A stretch of 64,000 bases of DNA, taken from Candidatus Eiseniibacteriota bacterium (GTDB lineage: Bacteria > Eisenbacteria > RBG-16-71-46). The notes under the pieces were generated by a model. The model had not been told where the DNA came from. It searched no databases and was given only the letters and a program-made list of their open reading frames with translations. The stretch spans positions 2,720,001-2,784,000 of the forward strand of contig OY970178.1 in NCBI GenBank assembly GCA_963707915.1, given 5' to 3'. Positions 41,163-49,802 of this stretch are shown piece after piece; positions within the stretch are counted from its first letter, which is position 1, and each line of letters opens with the position of its first letter. The position numbers were made by a program, and so were the translations under genes.

Positions 41163-42935
41163 TTATCTCCCGAGGACCACCAGGCGCGTGATGGCGGTGC
41201 GGCCCAGGCCCTCGAGCCGGGCGAAGTAGATCCCCGCGCCGACCGGGGATCCGCTGCCGCCCCCGATGGACCAATCGACGCGGGTCGTGCCCGGCTCCGC
41301 CAGACCGGCGAAGGGCGTGGCGACCCGGCGACCCGCGAGGTCGAAGATCTCGAGCCGCACGTCAGCCTTCCGGCTCAGCGTGAAACTGAGACGAGTGGAA
41401 CGGAAGGCGGGGTTGGGCGCCGCCGCCAGGGCGATCTCCTCGCCCTCGATCGCTGCGCTCTCCGACGCCGACGTGACCTGCGCGAGCTCCTCGATCGGCC
41501 CGGCCATCAGCGAGCCGCTTGCGTAGTCGTAGTCGAAGGCCATGTAGTCGCCGCGGCAGGTGTAGGAGCCCGCCGCGCGCGTGCTGCCCCGCACCCGCAG
41601 CCGGACCTCGCGCGAGGCGGACACGTACGGACCCGCCGAGGTCGGCGTGTAGGTGCGGGTCACGTCGGTGGTACTCACGGTGGACGAGTTCACCTGCACC
41701 CAGGCGCTCGTGGTCCAGTTCCACAGGTAGAGGTACTGGGTGCGCGAGATGGTGAAGTTGCCGTCGTAGGTGACGGTGAGGTTGAGCGGCGGATGCGCCA
41801 GGGTGACCGATCCGTACCAGTCGGTCACGTAGCTGCCGCTCTCGACGCCGGCCCCGATGGAGACGCGGCTGGCGTCGTTGGCCGCCAGGCGGGTCACGTC
41901 GCCGGTGGTGATGCTGCCCTTGAGCAACGTGATCGCGCTCGCCACCTGGGTGGCGTGGATGGGCGGCGGCGTGCCCCCGCCGTTGTAGTAGGTGTCGGTG
42001 AAGCCGCTGCCCGCCACGGTGTAGGCCGCGCCGGTCGCGGGCTGGGCCTGCACGACGATGGTGCCGCCGACCTTGTCCCAGGTCGGGTTCGGCGCGAGCC
42101 CCGCGCCGGTCTCGGTCCAGTAGGTCTTCACGCCCGCGTTGTGCAGGTTGGTGAGCGCGGTCGCCGTCGGGTGCGCGTAGCTGTTGCCGCTGCCGACCGA
42201 GATGATGCCCACCTCGGGCGTGGTCGCGGTGAGCCAGCCGGCCGAGGTCGAGGTGGCCGAGCCGTGGTGGTGGACTTTGTAGACCTCGACGTCGCCCATC
42301 TCGGCGCCGACCGCGGCTTCGACGACGCTGGACAGGTCGCCGCCCAGCGCCTCGTCGAAGGCGCCGTAGCTCACCTTGTAGACCGTGCTCAGGGAATTCT
42401 CGTCGGTGCCCGAATACACGCCGGCGCCGTTCAGGTCCACGCACTTGATGTACACCGGGTTGGCCGCGCCGGCGTCGAGCGTGATGACCTGGTTCTTCGT
42501 GATGGTCGCGCGCTTGGTGCCCAGCGTGTTCACGTAAGCGGTGTAGACCCCGCTGGAGTACGAGCCGCCGCGATCGTAGCCCTTCGTGCCGATCGTGATG
42601 CCGATGGCCGCGAGGTCGTCGATGCAGCCGATGTGATCCGAATGGTAGTGCGTGGTGAAGTGGTACTTGATGCTGGTGAGACCCTGGCCCTGGAGGTAGG
42701 CCTTGATCCCGCTGCAGTCGAGGTAGTTGCCGTCGTCGAACAGGGCGGTCTCACCCAGCGGCGAGATCAGCAGGATGCCGTCGGCCTGGCCGACGTCGAT
42801 GTGGTGGATCTGCAACTTGCCGTTGGCGGCCGCCAGCGCGAGGGCGGGGACCAGCACGAGGAGGAGCGCGGCGGGGACGAGCAACCGCAAGGAACGGAGG
42901 GCACGGCAGGGCCAGTGGACATGGAACCGTCGCAT
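41163..42935 (-). CDS. Secreted ComEC/Rec2-type MBL-fold hydrolase with FlgD-Ig domain, copy 2
   Basis: Paralog of 37994..39769; IDVGQADG, THYHSDHIG, YKVHHHGS; same C-terminus RTAITRLVVLGR. Confidence 0.85.
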   Translation of the reverse strand: MRRFHVHWPCRALRSLRLLVPAALLLVLVPALALAAANGKLQIHHIDVGQADGILLISPLGETALFDDGNYLDCSGIKAYLQGQGLTSIKYHFTTHYHSDHIGCIDDLAAIGITIGTKGYDRGGSYSSGVYTAYVNTLGTKRATITKNQVITLDAGAANPVYIKCVDLNGAGVYSGTDENSLSTVYKVSYGAFDEALGGDLSSVVEAAVGAEMGDVEVYKVHHHGSATSTSAGWLTATTPEVGIISVGSGNSYAHPTATALTNLHNAGVKTYWTETGAGLAPNPTWDKVGGTIVVQAQPATGAAYTVAGSGFTDTYYNGGGTPPPIHATQVASAITLLKGSITTGDVTRLAANDASRVSIGAGVESGSYVTDWYGSVTLAHPPLNLTVTYDGNFTISRTQYLYLWNWTTSAWVQVNSSTVSTTDVTRTYTPTSAGPYVSASREVRLRVRGSTRAAGSYTCRGDYMAFDYDYASGSLMAGPIEELAQVTSASESAAIEGEEIALAAAPNPAFRSTRLSFTLSRKADVRLEIFDLAGRRVATPFAGLAEPGTTRVDWSIGGGSGSPVGAGIYFARLEGLGRTAITRLVVLGR

Positions 42936-43094
42936 CGGGGACACCTCTTCCTGAGGCGGGTACGAAACGGGGCGCACGGTCTGGCACGGAACGTCCTTGT
43001 CCGATTCCTCGGGTCACAAGTCGTGGACGACCCGGCCATCGCGCGCGGTTCCTGAGCCAGTAGGCAATCTAGTGCGTACCGGCCCGGGATGCCA
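42936..43094 (-). promoter_or_regulatory. Promoter (TGGCAT-N17-TAGATT) plus conserved ~125-nt structured 5' leader, copy 2
   Basis: Aligns with 39770..39894; hairpins GGGUCG-UCCA-CGACUU and CGCCUC-AGGAA-GAGGUG. Confidence 0.55.
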
Positions 43095-43142
43095 GCAGAG
43101 AGGAGCGTCCGCGCGCGACGGCGGCGCCCCGACTTCGGCGGT

Positions 43143-43172
43143 TCGACGGGGTCCGGCCGGCGCGTGTAGACT
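43143..43172 (+). promoter_or_regulatory. Putative promoter of mqnC (TCGACG-N18-TAGACT)
   Basis: Read directly; matches the pattern upstream of mqnE and mqnA. Confidence 0.5.
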
Positions 43173-43210
43173 CCACGGCCTTCCGGCGGCTCGAACCGAG
43201 GACATCCGAC

Positions 43211-44428
43211 GTGTGGTCCACCATCGAAGACAAGGTCCGGCGCGGCGCGCGGCTGACGAGCGCCGAGGGCGTGCACCTGCTCACCGAGGCCCCGCTGCTC
43301 GAGCTGGGCGCGCTCGCCCACGAGGTGCGCTCGGGACGGAATCACCCGGGCCGGGTCACCTACGTCCTGGACACCAATCCCAACTACACCAACGTCTGCA
43401 CGGTGGACTGCCACTTCTGCGCGTTCTACCGGAAGCCCGGCTCGAAGGCGCCGGACGCCTACACGCACGACGTCGAGGGCGTGATGCGGATGATGGAGGC
43501 GGCCGACAAGATCGGCGCCACCACGGTCCTGCTCCAGGGCGGGCTCAATCCGTCGATCCCCTGGGAGTTCTACCCGGCCATCGTGCGTGAATCGCGCCGG
43601 CGCTTCCCGCGGATCACGCCGCACTTCTTCTCGGCGCCCGAGATCCACCAGATGGCGGAGGTCTCCGGCCTCACCGTGCGCGGCGTGCTCGAGGCGCTCC
43701 ACGAGGCGGGCCAGACGACGCTGCCGGGTGGCGGCGCCGAGATCCTGGCGAAGCGCGTGCGGCAACGCGTCTCCGCGAAGAAGGGCGGGCCCGGCGCCTG
43801 GCTCGACGTGCATCGCGAAGCCCACCGCGTGGGCATGCGCTCCACCGCCACGATGATGTACGGGCACGTCGAGACCGACGCCGAGATCGTCGAGCACTTC
43901 GACGCCATCCGCGACCTGCAGGACGAGACCCGGGGTTTCACCGCGTTCGTGCCCTGGTCCTACAAGCGCGGCAACACGCCGATGGAGGCGAGGATCCCCC
44001 ACGTGGCCGGCGCCCCGCGCTACCTGCGGGTACTGGCGGCCTCGCGGCTCTACCTCGACAACTTCGACCACGTCCAGGCGTCGTGGTTCGGCGAGGGCAA
44101 GAAGACCGGGCAGATCGCCCTGCACTTCGGCGCCGACGATTTCGGTGGCACGCTCTTCGAGGAATACGTCCACCTCGCCACCGGGCACCTGAGCAAGATC
44201 ACGCAGCCGGAGATCGAGACGCTCATCCGCGAAGCCGGCTTCGCGCCCGCACAGCGCACGACGCTGTACGAGATCCTGCAGGTGGGCGAGGGCCCGGAGG
44301 CGCTGGAGCGCCCGGGCGCCGACGTGCCGCTGTTCGTCGAGAGCCCGGGCGAGCTCCCGGCCGAGTACCCGGCCGAACTGGAGGGCGAGGGGCCCCCGGC
44401 GGCGCGACGGACCGGGAAGACGCCGTGA
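43211..44428 (+). CDS. mqnC: Cyclic dehypoxanthine futalosine synthase (radical SAM)
   Basis: NYTNVCTVDCHFCAFYR, LLQGGLNP, LPGGGAEIL, STATMMYGHVET, FTAFVPWS, YLDNFDHVQASW, FGADDFGGT. Confidence 0.88.
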   Translation: MWSTIEDKVRRGARLTSAEGVHLLTEAPLLELGALAHEVRSGRNHPGRVTYVLDTNPNYTNVCTVDCHFCAFYRKPGSKAPDAYTHDVEGVMRMMEAADKIGATTVLLQGGLNPSIPWEFYPAIVRESRRRFPRITPHFFSAPEIHQMAEVSGLTVRGVLEALHEAGQTTLPGGGAEILAKRVRQRVSAKKGGPGAWLDVHREAHRVGMRSTATMMYGHVETDAEIVEHFDAIRDLQDETRGFTAFVPWSYKRGNTPMEARIPHVAGAPRYLRVLAASRLYLDNFDHVQASWFGEGKKTGQIALHFGADDFGGTLFEEYVHLATGHLSKITQPEIETLIREAGFAPAQRTTLYEILQVGEGPEALERPGADVPLFVESPGELPAEYPAELEGEGPPAARRTGKTP

Positions 44429-46302
44429 GCGCCGGACTCCACGCTCCCGAGCTGGACCGGGGGCTCGCCTGGCTCAACACCGATCGGCCCCTGCGCTTCG
44501 CGCACGAGCTCAGGGGCCAGGTCGTGCTGCTCGACTTCTGGACCTACTGCTGCATCAACTGCATGCACGTCCTCCCCGACCTCGAGCACCTCGAGGCGCG
44601 CTTCGCCGGCCGACCCTTCGTGGTGATCGGCGTGCACTCCGCCAAGTTCGACAACGAGGCGGACCGCGGCAGCGTCCGCGCGGCGGTGCAGCGCTACGGG
44701 ATCCGGCACCCGGTGGTGGTGGACGACGACATGCGCCTGTGGCGGGCCTACGGCGCGCGCTCCTGGCCGACGCGGGTGCTGGTGGACCCGACCGGGGCGA
44801 TCGTGACGGCGGTCGGAGGCGAGGGGCACCGGGAGGAGCTCGAACAGGCGATCGCCTCGCTGCTCGACCGGCACGCGCAGGGTGGCACGCTGGCCGCCGC
44901 GCCGCTCGCGCCCGCGCCCGACGCGGCGGTGCGCTCGCCCTCGGGCCTCTCGTTCCCGGGCAAGGTGCTCGCCGACCGCGACGGAGGGCGGCTGTTCGTC
45001 GCCGACACGGCGCATCACCGCATCGTGGTCGCCTCGTGGCCGGACGCCTCCGGGCGCGCGACGCTCCTGCGCGTCGTCGGCAGCGGGGAGGCGGGCCGGG
45101 TGGACGGGCCCGCCGCGCGCGCGTCGTTCCGCGCCCCGCAGGGCCTGGCGCTGGCACGGGGAAGGCTGTTCGTCGCCGACACCGAGAACCACCTGGTCCG
45201 GGCGGTGGACCTCGCGAGCTGGGAGGTCGCGACCTGGGCGGGCACGGGCGAGATGACCAACGACTTCGCCGGCGGCGCGCGCGGAGTCGCGCAGGGCATC
45301 AACTCGCCGTGGGACCTCGCGGTGCACGGCAGCCGCCTGCTGGTGGCGATGGCCGGCACGCACCAGGTCTGGCGCTTCGAGCTGGGCAACGCGTTCGGGC
45401 GGGCCTACGCGGGCACCGGGCGCGAGGACCTCGAGGACGGGTCGGCCGAGCGCGCCGCGCTCGCCCAGCCCTCGGGGCTCGCGGTCGCGGGCGACTCGCT
45501 GTGGATCGCCGACAGCGAGGTGAGCGCGGTGCGCGGGCTCGACCTGCGGGAGGAGCGGGTCTTCACCGTCATCGGCGAGGGCCTGTTCGACTTCGGCGAC
45601 GTCGACGGGTCGTACCCCGAAGCGCGGCTGCAACACCCGCTCGGGGTGGCGGCCTGGCAGGGGAAGGTGCTGGTGGCCGACTCGTACAACCACCGGATCA
45701 AGGTGGTGGAGCCCGGCTCGCGCACGGTCCGCTCGCGGCTCGGCGACGGGAAGCCCGGGGCGGACGACGGTCGCGGGGGCCCGCGCTTCTTCGAGCCCGG
45801 CGGGCTCGCGGTCGCGGGCGACGAGTTGCTGGTCGCCGACACCAACAACCACCGCCTCGTCTGGGCCGACCTCGCCGGCGGGACCTGGCGCGAAGTCGCC
45901 ATCGAGGGGCTCGAGCCGCCGGTCCGCGCGGGACTCGAGCCGCCGGTGGGCGAGGAGGCGCCGCCCGCGAAGCTGCGCCGCGCGGGTGGCGTGACCCTCG
46001 CCGTGGACGGTGGCCTGCCCGCGGCCGCCCACCCGAACCCGGAGGCGCCGCTCACGCTGCGGGTGAGCGCCCACGGGCACACCCTCTACCAGGCCACGCG
46101 CACGGTGGCGGAGTTCCCGGTGGAGTTCGCGTTGCCGCCCGCGGCGGTGGAGCCGGGCGCCTGGCACGTGGATCTCTCGTTCGCCTACTGCACCGAGGGC
46201 GAACAGGCGATGTGCGTGCCGGTCCGGCGCGCCTGGCGGGTGGCGGTCAGCGTCGACGACGACGGTGCTGCGCGCCTCCACCTCGCGGGGCACGATCGGT
46301 GA
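44425..46302 (+). CDS. Thioredoxin-like + NHL-repeat protein (NHLRC2/SOQ1-like architecture)
   Basis: LLDFWTYCCINCMH, IGVHSAKFDNE, SWPT; NHL repeats FPGKV..LFVADT.HHRI, PQGL, SPWDL, AQPSGL, LQHPLGV, FEPGGL; GTGA overlap with the mqnC stop. Confidence 0.9.
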   Translation: MSAGLHAPELDRGLAWLNTDRPLRFAHELRGQVVLLDFWTYCCINCMHVLPDLEHLEARFAGRPFVVIGVHSAKFDNEADRGSVRAAVQRYGIRHPVVVDDDMRLWRAYGARSWPTRVLVDPTGAIVTAVGGEGHREELEQAIASLLDRHAQGGTLAAAPLAPAPDAAVRSPSGLSFPGKVLADRDGGRLFVADTAHHRIVVASWPDASGRATLLRVVGSGEAGRVDGPAARASFRAPQGLALARGRLFVADTENHLVRAVDLASWEVATWAGTGEMTNDFAGGARGVAQGINSPWDLAVHGSRLLVAMAGTHQVWRFELGNAFGRAYAGTGREDLEDGSAERAALAQPSGLAVAGDSLWIADSEVSAVRGLDLREERVFTVIGEGLFDFGDVDGSYPEARLQHPLGVAAWQGKVLVADSYNHRIKVVEPGSRTVRSRLGDGKPGADDGRGGPRFFEPGGLAVAGDELLVADTNNHRLVWADLAGGTWREVAIEGLEPPVRAGLEPPVGEEAPPAKLRRAGGVTLAVDGGLPAAAHPNPEAPLTLRVSAHGHTLYQATRTVAEFPVEFALPPAAVEPGAWHVDLSFAYCTEGEQAMCVPVRRAWRVAVSVDDDGAARLHLAGHDR

Positions 46303-46309
46303 ACGCCGG

Positions 46310-47872
46310 ATGACGGCCGCGCGCTGGGTCCCGGCCGCGACCGTCCTGGTCGTGCTCGCCGTCGTCGCCTGCTGGCTCGCCTGGTCGCCACTGGCCGCGA
46401 ACGAGCTGGTCGGTGGCGACGAGGGCTACTACGGGACGATGGCGCGGAACGTCCTCGCCTCCCCGCACCAGCTCGTCAGCCCGTCGCTCGGTCCGCTCGG
46501 TCCCCCGGGCGACAAGCCGCCGCTCTACCCCGCGCTCCTCGCGCTGTCGCTGCGGGCGTTCGGGCTCACCGAGGGCGCGCTGCGCTGGCTCTCGGTGCTC
46601 TCGGCGGCCTGCATCGCGCTCTGCCTGGCGGGGCTGGTCCGGCGCGCGGCGGGCCCGTGGGCCGGGGCGGCGGCCGCGCTGTCGATCGTCTGCCTGCCCG
46701 CCTTCGCGAGGGGCGCGCGGGTGGTCGCGGCGGAGTTCCCGCTGACCGCGCTGGGCGGCGCGGCGTTGCTGTGCGCCAGCGGCGGCACCTCCTCGAAGTG
46801 GCGCGGCTTCGCCGCCGGCGCGTTGCTGGGCATGGCGTTCCTCTGCAAGCTGTGGCTGGTCGGGCTCATCGGCCTGCCGGTGCTCAGTCTCTACTGGCCG
46901 CTGCGTCGCGGGCAACGGGCGGCCCTCGCCGTGCTGGTGGTGACGGCGGCGGCGGTCTCCTCGCTGCACCTGGCCGCCGTGGCGCTCTTCGATCCGCGTT
47001 CGCTCGCGCACTGGTGGGCGATCTACCTCGGCCGCTCGCTGGCGGAGCGCACGCAGGGCGCCGGCTATGCGGCCTACTGGCTCCAGCCGCCGCAGTACTA
47101 CGCGCTGGTGCTGGCCCACGCGTTCGCCCTGCTGCTGCCGCTCGTCGCGGTCGGCGTCGTGGCGGCGCTGCGGCGCTTCCGCGAGCCCGGGCCCCGTGCG
47201 CTGCTGCTATGGGCCGCCGGCACGATCGTGCTCTCGCTCTTCGCGGTGAAGGCCTACGGCTACGTCTACGTGGTGTTCCCCGCGTGGGCGGGGCTGGCGG
47301 CGCTCGGTGCGCACGCGATCGCGACGTGGCGCTGGAGGGCGTCGACCGGGGTCGCGGTCGCGCTGGTCCTGGCTGCCGGCGCCGCGGGCTTCGCGCGCGA
47401 GGCGCGGCGGCTGCCGTGGGTCTACCACCGGCCGGGCTACCGCGCCGTGGCGGCGACGGTGGCGCCGTGGCTCGCCGACGTGCCGCCGGACCGGGCCTGC
47501 TTCGTCGGGCCCGAGGCCCCGACGCTGTCCTTCCATCTCTTCCGTACCGGGACCTACTGGAGCACGCCGTACCTGCCGTGGACGGAGGCGCGGCGCCGCG
47601 CGATCCAGGCCGACACCGCGCTGCGGGTCTTCGTCGTGGATCCGCAGCAGGAGCTCTACGGCGGCTGGCCGGACTCGACGACGCTCGCGTGGCTCGAGGC
47701 CTCGGCGACCGAGATCTCCGGAGCGGCCGCCGGGCGCGCGGGTCACCCGCTGGCGGTGAGGGTGTTCGTGCGTGGCGCGGCGGGATCGCCCTCCGCCGGT
47801 GCGCCCGCCGCGGTCAGCGCGCGGCCGCCAGCCGTGCCGGCGGCGGCCTCAGCTCCATCCAGATCACGCTGA
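46310..47872 (+). CDS. ArnT/PMT-like GT-C membrane glycosyltransferase
   Basis: GDEGYYGTMARN, DKPPLYPAL, FGLTEGALR, many TM helices. Confidence 0.85.
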   Translation: MTAARWVPAATVLVVLAVVACWLAWSPLAANELVGGDEGYYGTMARNVLASPHQLVSPSLGPLGPPGDKPPLYPALLALSLRAFGLTEGALRWLSVLSAACIALCLAGLVRRAAGPWAGAAAALSIVCLPAFARGARVVAAEFPLTALGGAALLCASGGTSSKWRGFAAGALLGMAFLCKLWLVGLIGLPVLSLYWPLRRGQRAALAVLVVTAAAVSSLHLAAVALFDPRSLAHWWAIYLGRSLAERTQGAGYAAYWLQPPQYYALVLAHAFALLLPLVAVGVVAALRRFREPGPRALLLWAAGTIVLSLFAVKAYGYVYVVFPAWAGLAALGAHAIATWRWRASTGVAVALVLAAGAAGFAREARRLPWVYHRPGYRAVAATVAPWLADVPPDRACFVGPEAPTLSFHLFRTGTYWSTPYLPWTEARRRAIQADTALRVFVVDPQQELYGGWPDSTTLAWLEASATEISGAAAGRAGHPLAVRVFVRGAAGSPSAGAPAAVSARPPAVPAAASAPSRSR

Positions 47873-49562
47873 ACCCGTCCGAGGTGCGCCACTGACGGAC
47901 GCGCCGGACGTTCCACTCGGGCCGGTCCGGGGCCCGGGCCGGCTCGGCCACGGCCTCGCGCCACTCGGGCCAGGCATTGGCCGGGTCGCGGAAGACGAGC
48001 AACACGTGGCGGAACTCGAGCCGTCGCCTGCAGCCCTCGAGGTCGGCCGGCGAGAGCGCCAGGTGCAGCACCGGACGCCTCGCGTGCCAGGCCAGCATGG
48101 GACCGAGGTTGCTCATCACCACCTCGCCCGCGGGAATCTCGCGATTCATCAGCACCGCGACCTGGAGCAGACTGAGCACGCTCGGCGTGCCGCGCTCGGC
48201 CGAGGCGACGCGCGCCTCGGCGTTGCCGCGCGCGGTCTGCAACGAGCCCCAGCCCAGTGCCAGCAGTCCGGCCGCGAGCGCGACCGCGCGTCGGAGCCGG
48301 GGGCGCGTGGCCAGCTCCGTGGCCCGCGAGAGCAAGGCCCACAGGGCGACGAGCCCGGCCGCTTCGAGCAGGACGCGGACCGGGAAGACGAAGCGGAGCC
48401 AGGGGATGCTCACCGCGGCGGCGAACACGCCGAGCGCGAAGGCGACGAGCAAGGCGAGCGCGGCCACGGCGGGCGGGCGGAGATCGGGCTCGTCTCCCCG
48501 CCCGCGCGCCCATGGCCGGGCGGTGACCACCCACAGGACGATCGCTCCCAGCCACAGGGCCCGCGGGCCGGTGAGGACCTCGAGCAGCAGCCGCGGGAGA
48601 TTCGCCGCGGTCTTCGCCGCGAGGAGCCGCGCGGCCTCGAGTCCCGGCGGCAGCACCGGCATCTCCGGCAGGTGGTAGAGCGAGAACCAGGTGCGGCCCT
48701 GGATGCCGTCCCACACGACGAAGCGCGACAGGTCCCAGGCCGGCGAGCCGAACTCGCTCCACTTGTAGAGCCACCACGGGGCGAGCGGCGCGGCATAGCC
48801 CGCCAGCACGAGCGCGAGCACGCGCCGCCGGCGTCCGCCCGGAGCGAGCAGCACCGCGCCCAGCGTCAGCACGGGCGCCAGCCACAGCAGGGTCCCGCGC
48901 AGCGTCCCGGTCACGCCCAGCAGGAGCCCGAAGAGCAGCGGGCGGCGCGGCGCGTGGCCCAGCGCCAGGGCCGCGAACGCGAGCAGCAGGCCGAGCGTGA
49001 ACGGCAGCTCGGCGAAGCCCCCGGCCGCGAAGTGCTGCGCCTCGGGTTCGAGGTAGAACGCGAGCCCCACGGTGAACGCCGCCGCGAGGCGGCGGCCCTC
49101 GGGCACCGCCGGCGCCAGGCGGCGCAGCAGGCGCGATACCACGACGGCGAGCAGGAGCCCGATGAGGATGTAGCAGCAGAAGGGCAGGACGAGCGCGAGC
49201 CACTCGCGCTGGTCGGGTCGCGAGAGCTGCGCGAGGGACCGGCCGCGCCAGCGGATCTCCTCCGGTGTCACCCGGAAGAGCGCGGCCTCGGCCAGCACGA
49301 GTCCCGGCTGGACGACGGCCAGCGGCCACGGCGGCGCGGCATGCCGCGTGAGCTCGAGCGGCAGGGCGAAGGTGGTGGCGAGCCGGCCGTGTGTGGCGAG
49401 CTCACGCGCGGCCAGGGCGTACTGCGCCGAGTCGTAGTTCAGCACCGGCGAACGCCCGCCCAGTCCCCACGCGTCGGCGTGCAGCATCCAGAGCAGGCAC
49501 CCCGCCAGCGGCAGGACAAGGGCCAGGAATAGTGCGCCGATCGATGTCCGTGTCCCGCTCAC
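47814..49562 (-). CDS. Polytopic membrane protein, probable GT-C glycosyltransferase
   Basis: N-terminal TM then NYDSAQYALAARELA (acidic loop typical of GT-C), APWWLYKWSEFGSP, RFVFP; start approximate. Confidence 0.6.
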   Translation of the reverse strand: MSGTRTSIGALFLALVLPLAGCLLWMLHADAWGLGGRSPVLNYDSAQYALAARELATHGRLATTFALPLELTRHAAPPWPLAVVQPGLVLAEAALFRVTPEEIRWRGRSLAQLSRPDQREWLALVLPFCCYILIGLLLAVVVSRLLRRLAPAVPEGRRLAAAFTVGLAFYLEPEAQHFAAGGFAELPFTLGLLLAFAALALGHAPRRPLLFGLLLGVTGTLRGTLLWLAPVLTLGAVLLAPGGRRRRVLALVLAGYAAPLAPWWLYKWSEFGSPAWDLSRFVVWDGIQGRTWFSLYHLPEMPVLPPGLEAARLLAAKTAANLPRLLLEVLTGPRALWLGAIVLWVVTARPWARGRGDEPDLRPPAVAALALLVAFALGVFAAAVSIPWLRFVFPVRVLLEAAGLVALWALLSRATELATRPRLRRAVALAAGLLALGWGSLQTARGNAEARVASAERGTPSVLSLLQVAVLMNREIPAGEVVMSNLGPMLAWHARRPVLHLALSPADLEGCRRRLEFRHVLLVFRDPANAWPEWREAVAEPARAPDRPEWNVRRVRQWRTSDGFSVIWMELRPPPARLAAAR

Positions 49563-49802
49563 GGTTCGCAGGGTAGTCGCTGCCCCCGGGGAGCCACAAG
49601 CCGCGGCGCGGCCCGTCCGCCGGTCCGGACCGGGGAAGCCACCGGCGTCGCCTCTCAAGCTTCTCCCCGCCGTGCCGACTCTTACCGTCGAGGGCTCCCC
49701 GTGCCCTCGGGCCGGAGGCGGAACCGCCACCGGCCGACCCTGGCGCCGACGCGACGTGCGCGACGCCCGAAGGCCGCCCTGAAAGAAAGGTCATCCGCCG
49801 CG

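Noticed and set aside
37994..42935. ComEC-like genes as a natural-competence locus or as antibiotic-resistance beta-lactamases
   Set aside because: No membrane competence domain or other com genes; the motifs match the ComEC/Rec2 hydrolase subgroup rather than class B beta-lactamases
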